Positions 56,005-64,000 of a DNA stretch of 64,000 bases are shown here, piece after piece. How positions within the stretch are numbered: the stretch's first letter is position 1; each line of letters opens with the position of its first letter. The translations under genes and the position numbers were made by a program. The notes beneath the pieces are model-generated. The model saw only the letters and a program-made list of their open reading frames with translations. It ran no database searches and was not told the DNA's origin. Origin of the DNA: a virus (lineage: Duplodnaviria; Heunggongvirae; Uroviricota; Caudoviricetes); the IMG/VR virus record IMGVR_UViG_3300013102_000004, positions 6,630 through 70,629 of that record; one strand, given 5' to 3'.

Positions 56005-56451
56005 TTAGTAGCCCAGACCAGTAATTGCATACCAATGTGTACCGCGCCACTCGTCACCATATTCAGTGGTTGTAGCGAATACTTCGATACGGAATCCTGC
56101 ATTGTCCGGGAAGATGCCTCCACCGATGCCTTTAAATCCAACACTGTGAATGATAGCTTCAGTGAAGTAGTGGCTGTAACTAATCACTGGGATACAGCCA
56201 GACATAAACGGCTTAGGCCAGTAACAGTTACTAAATCGGGAAACATTATTGATGTTGGTCGTTACCTGTGTCAGGAATCCTTGAATACGAACACTCGTGT
56301 CCTTATTGAATCCATTAACATAATAACCACCGCGAACCATCTTATCATAGAGGAAATCTACGTTGTCTACAAGACGGTTCATCTTTTCTGCTGAAAGTGG
56401 TCCAGCTCCGAAACTCATACGTGTGAAATTGGTACTAGCCAATTGGATCAC
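56005..56451 (-). CDS. hypothetical protein
   Basis: 148-aa ORF. Confidence 0.35.
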   Translation of the reverse strand: MIQLASTNFTRMSFGAGPLSAEKMNRLVDNVDFLYDKMVRGGYYVNGFNKDTSVRIQGFLTQVTTNINNVSRFSNCYWPKPFMSGCIPVISYSHYFTEAIIHSVGFKGIGGGIFPDNAGFRIEVFATTTEYGDEWRGTHWYAITGLGY

Positions 56452-56788
56452 CCATTGGATGAAAAGCTAATTCAAAATCAAGTACGTCAATCGTCTCATG
56501 ATCATTAAAGCCTAACATGCGGAACTCATCTTCGTCAATACGACGCTTCTGCACTCCGTCGATAAAATACCTGGTACCTGTCTGCGATTTAATGATGCTG
56601 GTCGGTCTGAATCCTAGCTTCTGTTTGGAGATATCATAATTATCTTCTACCGTTTCGTCATCGGCAACGATGATCGGTTGGTTCCAACTCAAAGCTGCAT
56701 TCCACGAGACGAGAGGCAAAAGCGAATCACCCTGCACTCGATAGATTACATCATCATACGCTATCAATACTCCACTAGGATACAACAT
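56435..56788 (-). CDS. hypothetical protein
   Basis: 117-aa ORF. Confidence 0.35.
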   Translation of the reverse strand: MLYPSGVLIAYDDVIYRVQGDSLLPLVSWNAALSWNQPIIVADDETVEDNYDISKQKLGFRPTSIIKSQTGTRYFIDGVQKRRIDEDEFRMLGFNDHETIDVLDFELAFHPMGDPIG

Positions 56789-56979
56789 TACCTAATTACC
56801 TCTGTTGGTGTCAGGACTTCCGACTCCCCGGCATTGTCCCATGCTTGCTCTACCAAGTTGTTGTTCTCAGACTGAATCTGATCAATCTGGCATTCTAGCA
56901 CTATAATTTGAAGCTGCGCATCAGCCAACTTCTCGTTTAACTTCTTGATTACGCGGTTTGCGTCGATTTCGTTAGTCAT
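56788..56979 (-). CDS. small coiled-coil protein
   Basis: 63-aa ORF. Confidence 0.3.
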   Translation of the reverse strand: MTNEIDANRVIKKLNEKLADAQLQIIVLECQIDQIQSENNNLVEQAWDNAGESEVLTPTEVIR

Positions 56980-57015
56980 ACATAAAGTTTATCATATATG
57001 ACTAACGAACCGCAA

Positions 57016-60000
57016 TTACGCAATACGAACAATGGCAATACGTGGACCTTCGACAACACGAGTGGCACCGTTAGCTGGACCAGAGTTCATATAAGCTCTG
57101 AATACCTCACCACGATTGAAGAACTTAACTGTTGCTGAGTTCATACCGGCTGTGTAGATACGACCAATACCCTGAGAGTGGAACGGGACGTTGTTCAAGT
57201 CGAAAGTCATCCACAACAAGTCCTGATCTGAAGGTACGTTAACACCACAGTGAATCATGTAGAAGCCTGTACGCATGAACTTCAGACCGTTGTTTCCTTC
57301 TCTACGAATATCATCCGCACCATATGTTGTCATTGTGGCAAGCATGGTGAAATCTGTTAATTCAGTTCTAGTGTTCGGAGCTAGGTTTCGGTTATTGAAT
57401 GTTACTTCAATACCTGAAGGTCTCATAGGCTCGTAAGCACCCGGATACATGATACCTGCTTCTGAGAATCTGTAGACAGTGCTGTTGGATTCACCCGCGT
57501 AAGAACCGTTTGACTTGATTGACTTTCTATCAAACTGAATATCCAAATAGTTTGGAGCTTCACGATAAGTCTTCACGGCTTCGGCAGCGTAGCTAGAACT
57601 CTGATCAGGATCATATCTACCGTAAGCATCGTACAGCCAGTCAGAGTTAGACTGAGTGACAAGCTTCAATGCAGAATAGTTTTCTGATCTTGTACCGTTG
57701 GCTGCTGGACCCCAAGCTGTTGGAGCGTTAGAGTTTGCAACGTCAGGGTTGGGGTTTGTTGCCCAAGTCTTCTGTTCGATCTGTGGACGAGAAACCGCAA
57801 CCTGTCTATTGCTGTTTGCAGAACCAAAAGCTGGGAACAACAAGTACGGTGTGCAACGGTTGAATTCAGGTGATCCGGCAGGCAATGTGATTGCCACAGA
57901 AACACGCTGAGCCTTACCCGCTTCAACAACTACAGATGCAGGATAGTCAATGAATGATGTACCTGTTGTCTGCATTCTCAATCCCATTGTCAATGTGAAC
58001 TGACCTGGTGATGTACCAGTTGTACCGCTCAAAACCAAGTTGTTACGAATGAAGATAGAGAAGATATAAGTATTTCCTCTTCTGAATCCGGTGTGTGGAG
58101 TTGTAGCTACAGTCTGACTTGTTGTCATGAAGTAGAAACCACAGTTGTTCGATGCTGTTGGGTTCAGGTTCACCAAGAAACAAGGAATCTTGTAATTGCT
58201 ATCAAGCATCATACCTGACAGTGCCCAACCTGTAACACCAATGCTACCAAAGGTTGTCACACCACCCGTACCCGGTCCAACTTGGTCGTTGTAACTTGGT
58301 GTTGTTCCCCAAATGTTTCCTGAACCAAGAGAGTAATCCCAAGGTGTAGTCATCAAGTTCTTAGCTGGTGAGTAGTAAGCTGCCTGAGCTTCCATTGTAT
58401 TTTCTGCACGAGAGAAGTACTCAGTTAGACTGTTCTGCTTGTTGTTTGAGTCAGGTGTGAACGGACTACGAATATTCAACAAGTTGGTGTTGCCAACATA
58501 GTTGGTATTGTAGTAGAAGTTGTTCGTGCTGAGCAAACCACCGTTTGGCAATCTGATTTGAGCTGTTGGGTTTTCACGCTGGTACAGCAAATGATTCAAA
58601 CCTGAAGCTTCACGGATAACCGGAGCTTGCTGGTAGTTGATCTGCTCACCAAGAGTCAAAGTGTTCAACAGTGTGTTATCAGGTGGCAATGAACCGTAAA
58701 TACCGTCAGTATCATTGTCATTCGTCTGGATAACGAAGTTCTTGGCTGATGTAGGACCAACAGAGAAACGCATTTTCTTATTAGCGTTAGGAACTGTAGG
58801 TACGTACCATCCACCTGTCTGCAATGTTCTGTCATAGGCGTAGTGCTGACCCGAAAGCATCGGAGTAGCAATGGTTGTCGTGTTTGTAGTTGAACCTGGT
58901 GTGTAGATGATGTTATCTGCTACAGAACCCTTCAACCTCAAAGTGATACCGCCCGTAATACGCTCTAACAAAAGAGTCGAACGGAATGTACCGTTATTGA
59001 ACTCTACGTCACCATCACCCTTGATGATCCAGCCTGATACACCAGCTAAGTAGTTACTTGATTTCACTACGCTGTTAGTTGTATCCGCACCGGCACCTAC
59101 GATCAGGTTACCGCGAATCAATGCATCACCAACCTGCATGTTGCCCTGAGTATTCAATGACCATGCTGGCTGTCCTGTGATCGGTGAACCATCACCACCA
59201 ATTGCAGGGCTAGAACTACGAATTGAACCTGTAACAATACCTTCACCGGCCATGCTTGTTAGACCCGGAGGTGCATAGTTACCTGGTGCTGTAGATGCTG
59301 CGATCTGACGTTCAACCTGAACACCGTCTAGCAAGTACTCTGTAGCTGCTGCATCAACCTTGACAATCGCCAAACGGAGCTTTGTTGAAGTGCTGTTCAA
59401 TTCTGCTACAACAGAGACTCTTTGGTACCCTGCGCCTGTTGATCCGGTTACGTCTGCCTGGAATGTCTGTCCACCATTTGTAGTGACAAGCAATCTGTTT
59501 GTGCGAGAACCTGAACCGGAGTTCTTGATGTAGGCAGAAATGATGTACGTCTGCAAGGCATCTACGTCAACTGTCCAACCACCTGTCGGAGCAAGTGTCA
59601 AAGTGTTGTTTGCTGCTGTATTCGAGTCGGTGACCTTCAGTGCGGTGTTGCCGTACTTCGCATCCACAGACAGTGTAATCTTCTGTGCCGCATTGCTGGT
59701 CTGGATGAATGCTGTGTTGGCGTCATCAGTCGTGTTCGAATACATAGCCTTATTGAACTCAAAACCGGAGTAGTGAGCTGGAATGATATTCGGGCTTGAC
59801 TGAATCTCAAGAGCTTTCGCCTTGATGATACCTTCATTGATTGTGATACCCGACTTGTTGATTCTCCAACCAGTTCCGAGTCCCGCGTCATAATTGCTAG
59901 AGCGAATCTCACCTGTTGCATCGTCAATTGTTAGCTTGCTTCTGATGTACAAATCATTTATGAATGCTGAGTTAGCTTCAAGCTTGTTGGCACTCAAGTT

Positions 60001-61440
60001 GTTGATCTTGGCATCGTCAATCGTGGCATCGGCAATGTAGGCACCTTCGATCAAACCTGGTGATGCCAAAGTGATTGCAGACGGCAAAGACTTCAATCCA
60101 TTTTCACCTACCGCGACTACATACCAGTAGTACTCTGTATCTGGTTCTGTCACAAGGCTGATCAAAGTTGATACGCCAATTGTTGATCCGGTAGTAGAGA
60201 TTTCAGCTAGTCTAGAGAATGGTCCTGGTGCTGGTGCCGAATTGTCGTTCTGCATGTGGATTTCAAGACGGGCAATACCTGTCATGAATGTACCAGTTGT
60301 ATCTTCTAGTGTGTGAGCTACGAGAACCTTTGACACACCTGACATTGCAACCGGAGCTGATGGTGTCGGAATAGGAGTAGAGTCTGCACCTGTTGTATAT
60401 GGATACGTCGGAGCATTGACCCAAGCTGATCTGTTGCCTGAGAAATCTACCGCTCTTACTGACACGTAATATGCTGTTGCAGGGCGTAAACCAGTGATCT
60501 TGACACTGTTTGTACCGGCTGGAATATTTACGTATGACCAGTCAATGTTGTCCACTGAGTAACGAACCTCAAAGTGATCCAAATCTGTATCGGCTGGTGC
60601 TGTCCAACTTAACTTAACAGTGCTATTGCGACCGTCTGGCTCTTCACTGATTGCAACAGATGTAGGCGCACCTGGTGGTGTTCCATCCGAACCTGTTGTT
60701 GTCTTTGGTGTTGCAACTGCGTACGCATCATTCTGAGAGAACAGACCGAAAATGTCGATTGCTCTTACCTTTACGTGATGTGGTACTGGGTTGCTGGAAG
60801 GCAAAACGAAACTAGTTCCTGGACCACTGAACTTCAGTGTACTTGGCCCCGGCGTAAATCCTGCACCTGTTGTGCTGACGTGAACTTCGTAACCAACCAA
60901 GTCTAGATCGGTAGTATTCTTATCCCAGTTTACAGAAAGATTTTCGACACCCGGAGTCACGACCAAACCTGTAACATCGGCTGGACGTGGATTGCTGGCT
61001 GAAACTTCTGTCTTGACTGAGCGGTTACCCATCTGGTCAACAGCCTTGACAACTGCTGTCAAATTACCGTGAGCGACACCGAACATTTCCTTGTTACTCT
61101 CGAAATCAAGAGTAAAGCTCTTGTCGGCTGTGAACAGCTCACGTGTTATCTGGTTGGTGTTATCGGTATTGACGAAATAAATCCAGTAACCTGCCAAGTC
61201 GGTACATACCGTACCATCTGCATTTACTGTAGGTCTGTCCCACTTTGCAATGAAACTACTACCTTCGGAAACCATCGTCAAGTTACTGACTGGACCCGGA
61301 GGAACTGTGTCACCTGAAGTAGTAAAGCTAAATACATTTGACCACTCTGAGATACGAGTAGGATCAGTCTTTGACTTAGCTCTTACCTGCACCTGGTATC
61401 TGTTACCTGGTGAGAATCCTGTTTGCTTAATATATGCCAT
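57016..61440 (-). CDS. large tail fibre / host-specificity protein with fibronectin type III-like repeats
   Basis: 1474 aa; N-terminal repeated FN3-like modules (P..V.NL..V....S....W......D..GY.VY); beta-rich C-terminal region. Confidence 0.5.
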   Translation of the reverse strand: MAYIKQTGFSPGNRYQVQVRAKSKTDPTRISEWSNVFSFTTSGDTVPPGPVSNLTMVSEGSSFIAKWDRPTVNADGTVCTDLAGYWIYFVNTDNTNQITRELFTADKSFTLDFESNKEMFGVAHGNLTAVVKAVDQMGNRSVKTEVSASNPRPADVTGLVVTPGVENLSVNWDKNTTDLDLVGYEVHVSTTGAGFTPGPSTLKFSGPGTSFVLPSSNPVPHHVKVRAIDIFGLFSQNDAYAVATPKTTTGSDGTPPGAPTSVAISEEPDGRNSTVKLSWTAPADTDLDHFEVRYSVDNIDWSYVNIPAGTNSVKITGLRPATAYYVSVRAVDFSGNRSAWVNAPTYPYTTGADSTPIPTPSAPVAMSGVSKVLVAHTLEDTTGTFMTGIARLEIHMQNDNSAPAPGPFSRLAEISTTGSTIGVSTLISLVTEPDTEYYWYVVAVGENGLKSLPSAITLASPGLIEGAYIADATIDDAKINNLSANKLEANSAFINDLYIRSKLTIDDATGEIRSSNYDAGLGTGWRINKSGITINEGIIKAKALEIQSSPNIIPAHYSGFEFNKAMYSNTTDDANTAFIQTSNAAQKITLSVDAKYGNTALKVTDSNTAANNTLTLAPTGGWTVDVDALQTYIISAYIKNSGSGSRTNRLLVTTNGGQTFQADVTGSTGAGYQRVSVVAELNSTSTKLRLAIVKVDAAATEYLLDGVQVERQIAASTAPGNYAPPGLTSMAGEGIVTGSIRSSSPAIGGDGSPITGQPAWSLNTQGNMQVGDALIRGNLIVGAGADTTNSVVKSSNYLAGVSGWIIKGDGDVEFNNGTFRSTLLLERITGGITLRLKGSVADNIIYTPGSTTNTTTIATPMLSGQHYAYDRTLQTGGWYVPTVPNANKKMRFSVGPTSAKNFVIQTNDNDTDGIYGSLPPDNTLLNTLTLGEQINYQQAPVIREASGLNHLLYQRENPTAQIRLPNGGLLSTNNFYYNTNYVGNTNLLNIRSPFTPDSNNKQNSLTEYFSRAENTMEAQAAYYSPAKNLMTTPWDYSLGSGNIWGTTPSYNDQVGPGTGGVTTFGSIGVTGWALSGMMLDSNYKIPCFLVNLNPTASNNCGFYFMTTSQTVATTPHTGFRRGNTYIFSIFIRNNLVLSGTTGTSPGQFTLTMGLRMQTTGTSFIDYPASVVVEAGKAQRVSVAITLPAGSPEFNRCTPYLLFPAFGSANSNRQVAVSRPQIEQKTWATNPNPDVANSNAPTAWGPAANGTRSENYSALKLVTQSNSDWLYDAYGRYDPDQSSSYAAEAVKTYREAPNYLDIQFDRKSIKSNGSYAGESNSTVYRFSEAGIMYPGAYEPMRPSGIEVTFNNRNLAPNTRTELTDFTMLATMTTYGADDIRREGNNGLKFMRTGFYMIHCGVNVPSDQDLLWMTFDLNNVPFHSQGIGRIYTAGMNSATVKFFNRGEVFRAYMNSGPANGATRVVEGPRIAIVRIA

Positions 61441-62235
61441 TTAGAGAGCCACCGCGTATTCTAGTTCCATTGTCGCACCTGTTCTCTTGTACTGAGTCAC
61501 AGCAAGAGGAGAACGCGCAACAAGTCCACCGTTGGCAGAACTGCTGAGGTTCAATGCATCGAATTCGATATCATTGCTCGCTGCTGTGGCCTGTACGGTG
61601 AAACGGATTTCAAAGATTTCATTCGGGTTGAATGATCCAACCTTCGTGAAAGTTGAAATTGATGCTTGCAAAGTATTTGTTCCTATCGCTAATGTAAAGT
61701 CTTTATAGGCGTAATTCAGTTCGTCATTCTTCAATGTCAGTCTGATTGTGCTCGCCTTTGTTGCGTTAACTCTGATCTTGGTTGTGTCGTATCGGCTGAT
61801 GTTGACATTGCTGACCACCTTCGCCAAGTAGTCATCTACTGCTACCGAATTTAACTTGTAGTTGTTAGAACCTACTGAGCCTAGATTAGTAATATCGTAT
61901 TCCAGATTACTGAACCATGATTCTTTTGGTTCGAATGCATACACTACGGCATTAGGTAAACCCGTACGAATGAACTCATCTGACTGGCTGATCAATCCTA
62001 TTTCTGACACGTTACCGGCCAATTCTGCTGGCAGAGTACCGTGAAATACAACCTGCTGTAATACTTCATCTACGTAACTGTCTGTGATTGCGCATGTGGC
62101 CCAACCGAAATCCATCTGAGTAGCTGTGTTTGGCAGTGCAATTCCAGATGCCCCGACTGCGAACAAATCAGCAAATCGGTACACCTTTCCTGACACAAGC
62201 TTCAGGAGTTGCGTGCGTCCGTTGGTAGTGATCAT
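61441..62235 (-). CDS. tail protein
   Basis: 264-aa ORF, 1-nt spacing from the large fibre gene. Confidence 0.4.
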   Translation of the reverse strand: MITTNGRTQLLKLVSGKVYRFADLFAVGASGIALPNTATQMDFGWATCAITDSYVDEVLQQVVFHGTLPAELAGNVSEIGLISQSDEFIRTGLPNAVVYAFEPKESWFSNLEYDITNLGSVGSNNYKLNSVAVDDYLAKVVSNVNISRYDTTKIRVNATKASTIRLTLKNDELNYAYKDFTLAIGTNTLQASISTFTKVGSFNPNEIFEIRFTVQATAASNDIEFDALNLSSSANGGLVARSPLAVTQYKRTGATMELEYAVAL

Positions 62236-62600
62236 CTAGTGATTCTCAACTCCCATTCCACAGAGGTTTGTCTTAAATCCGTAACAGCAAAAGTAACGTC
62301 AATCGTTGCCTTGCCTTCTGGGTCTTGAGAAACCTCCTGAGAAATGATTCCCTGGATGACCGGAGTATCAATTCTTGTATCTGGGTAGTGATCTGGGTTT
62401 GTGTATCCTTGATCAACATTATTGTTATCTCCACCTGTTGGAGGTCCACTTACTGAACCACCACCGCCGCCTTGTCTGTTAACGGGTTTAGCGTTACCAG
62501 GTACAGCCGCCCACTCTAAATCCTCTGGCACATCAATAAATGCACCCTCTTGATTATCTAACTTCTCATTACGAAAGAAGAAACTATTCTTTTCAGCCAT
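62232..62600 (-). CDS. tail protein (Gly-rich)
   Basis: 122-aa ORF coupled to its neighbours. Confidence 0.35.
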   Translation of the reverse strand: MAEKNSFFFRNEKLDNQEGAFIDVPEDLEWAAVPGNAKPVNRQGGGGGSVSGPPTGGDNNNVDQGYTNPDHYPDTRIDTPVIQGIISQEVSQDPEGKATIDVTFAVTDLRQTSVEWELRITR

Positions 62601-62618
62601 TAATTAATCATACCATAT

Positions 62619-63983
62619 CTACAGTTCTGCGTCTTCCGTCACTGGATTGTCTCTGATTCTTCTGACACCCAATGCTACGGAAAGTCCCTCTTCACCTGAA
62701 TATGAATTGGTAACCTTTGTGACAATGTACAAAGCTTCCTTTGTTACATCTGCCTTGTCGTAGTGAATACGAACCTTGTCACCAACTGAGTAACTGGCAT
62801 CCGCGTGAACTTCGATATCCATAACGTCTTTAGGATCAGCAAAGCTCTTGACAATCCAGTCTGCTAGATCGTCGGCTTGATCCTTGTTGTTGATCCAAGT
62901 TGCATCGTAATCGAGTCTTACCTCTCCACGATCCTTGATGCTGTCCTTGTCCAAACGAGTCAATGTCTGTTCGTCACCTTCAGTTAAGATATATCCGTAT
63001 AGAACCATAGAGTGAGTGACAGTTGCATCCGCTTCAATCTTCTGGCTACCGTGCGCTAACACAGGTGAATCCGATACGTTTACAACAGAGAACTTAGCCT
63101 TATTCGGGCTGTATGTTGTCTCTAGAGGCTTAACGCTTGGATTAGAAGCAAGCAAGGCAACAGTTTCCACCGGACCCTTGTCCAAGTTGATATCGTACTC
63201 TCTGATTTCGTGCAGTGTTGAACCGAAGTCATCAAAGAAGAACTCACCCGCGAATTGAGCACCGTCACGATATGGTGCTGACTTTCCCTTAGCTGGGTAC
63301 AGCAAACCGTTTTCCAAGTGGCTGGAAACGTATCCACCAGTCTTGAAATCATATCTGTACTCGTCTTCAGAATTTAAAGGATCAGCAAACTCAGTCCAGT
63401 GATATGCGTTCGCAATTTCAACCTTAGAAGCTGCACGAGAACCGATTGCCCAGTAATTCGTAGGCGCTAGGAACTTGTGTCTGTTCGCTGGACCTGCTGC
63501 ATTGAATCCACCGACCGGAGAACCGTTTACCCATACATGAAAATGCATATCCGAGTTGAATCCGTAGCCACGACCACGAGTCAAGTCAATCTGAATGTCA
63601 TACCAGACATTACGCTTGAACTCGTATTGGTATCCCTTCATTCTATCAGCCCATGATTCCCATGTATTTCTGTTGTACATACGGCTAGCTGATCCACGAA
63701 TTGCATTGTCAAATGTACGGAAGACAGGATCAGGGGTCTGAACCCATGCTCCGATTTCGTGTGTAGCGTTACGAACTAGATTCTGAGTCTCCAAGAATGT
63801 CACCTGATAGTTCTGATTGAACGTCATCGGTCCACCCAAAGTTGTTGCAACCTCAGCATTGTTACCGATTGCAGTTCCCATGTTGAAGATCAGACTTAGC
63901 TCACCGATTGTTGTAGATTCGAGGAACTTGAACTTGAATCCCCACTGCTGCAACTTAGCTCCCGCTGATGCTGAACGATACAA
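62619..63983 (-). CDS. tail/baseplate structural protein
   Basis: 454-aa ORF in the tail gene block. Confidence 0.4.
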   Translation of the reverse strand: MYRSASAGAKLQQWGFKFKFLESTTIGELSLIFNMGTAIGNNAEVATTLGGPMTFNQNYQVTFLETQNLVRNATHEIGAWVQTPDPVFRTFDNAIRGSASRMYNRNTWESWADRMKGYQYEFKRNVWYDIQIDLTRGRGYGFNSDMHFHVWVNGSPVGGFNAAGPANRHKFLAPTNYWAIGSRAASKVEIANAYHWTEFADPLNSEDEYRYDFKTGGYVSSHLENGLLYPAKGKSAPYRDGAQFAGEFFFDDFGSTLHEIREYDINLDKGPVETVALLASNPSVKPLETTYSPNKAKFSVVNVSDSPVLAHGSQKIEADATVTHSMVLYGYILTEGDEQTLTRLDKDSIKDRGEVRLDYDATWINNKDQADDLADWIVKSFADPKDVMDIEVHADASYSVGDKVRIHYDKADVTKEALYIVTKVTNSYSGEEGLSVALGVRRIRDNPVTEDAEL

Positions 63984-64000
63984 GCACTGAGTCTTGAACC

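Noticed and set aside
1-64000. CRISPR arrays, integrase or excisionase, and lysogeny repressor
   Set aside because: No direct-repeat and spacer periodicity and no tyrosine- or serine-recombinase motifs were seen. The tRNA 3' fragments are therefore not confidently attP cores.

Overview
This window looks like a segment of a large virulent dsDNA phage genome at roughly 45% GC. No integrase, CRISPR array or rRNA was seen. A tail-fibre operon lies on the + strand at 1.27-4.5 kb, and everything else runs on the - strand. At 4.5-6.6 kb there is an RNA-repair operon: a T4 Rnl1-like RNA ligase, an HD phosphohydrolase and two small acidic paralogs. At 6.7-13.8 kb sits an accessory island with an HNH nuclease, a metallophosphoesterase, a BCS1-like AAA+ ATPase, two Pol-beta-fold nucleotidyltransferases, a thioredoxin-like gene and two tandem paralog families of small proteins. 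A tRNA island runs from 6.5 to 36.5 kb with about 28 canonical tRNA genes, all on the - strand, and about 12 degenerate tRNA-like elements. Many of those keep a perfect T-arm and 3' acceptor strand but lack a canonical body. The island also carries accessory genes: a GHKL ATPase, a LigA domain-Ia-like mini-protein, a cutinase-motif esterase fused to a fibre-like domain, and an SPFH protein. At 37.8-40.6 kb are an HNH endonuclease and the terminase large subunit. A replication and recombination module spans 41-53 kb with a P-loop kinase, RuvC-like resolvase, Cas4-like exonuclease, RecA-like recombinase, MazG, a DnaE-type PolIII alpha, DnaG-like primase and DnaB-like helicase. Tail genes follow at 57-64 kb, including a 1474-aa FN3-repeat fibre. 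tRNA isotypes were assigned by manual folding and need software confirmation. The host cannot be named from sequence alone.
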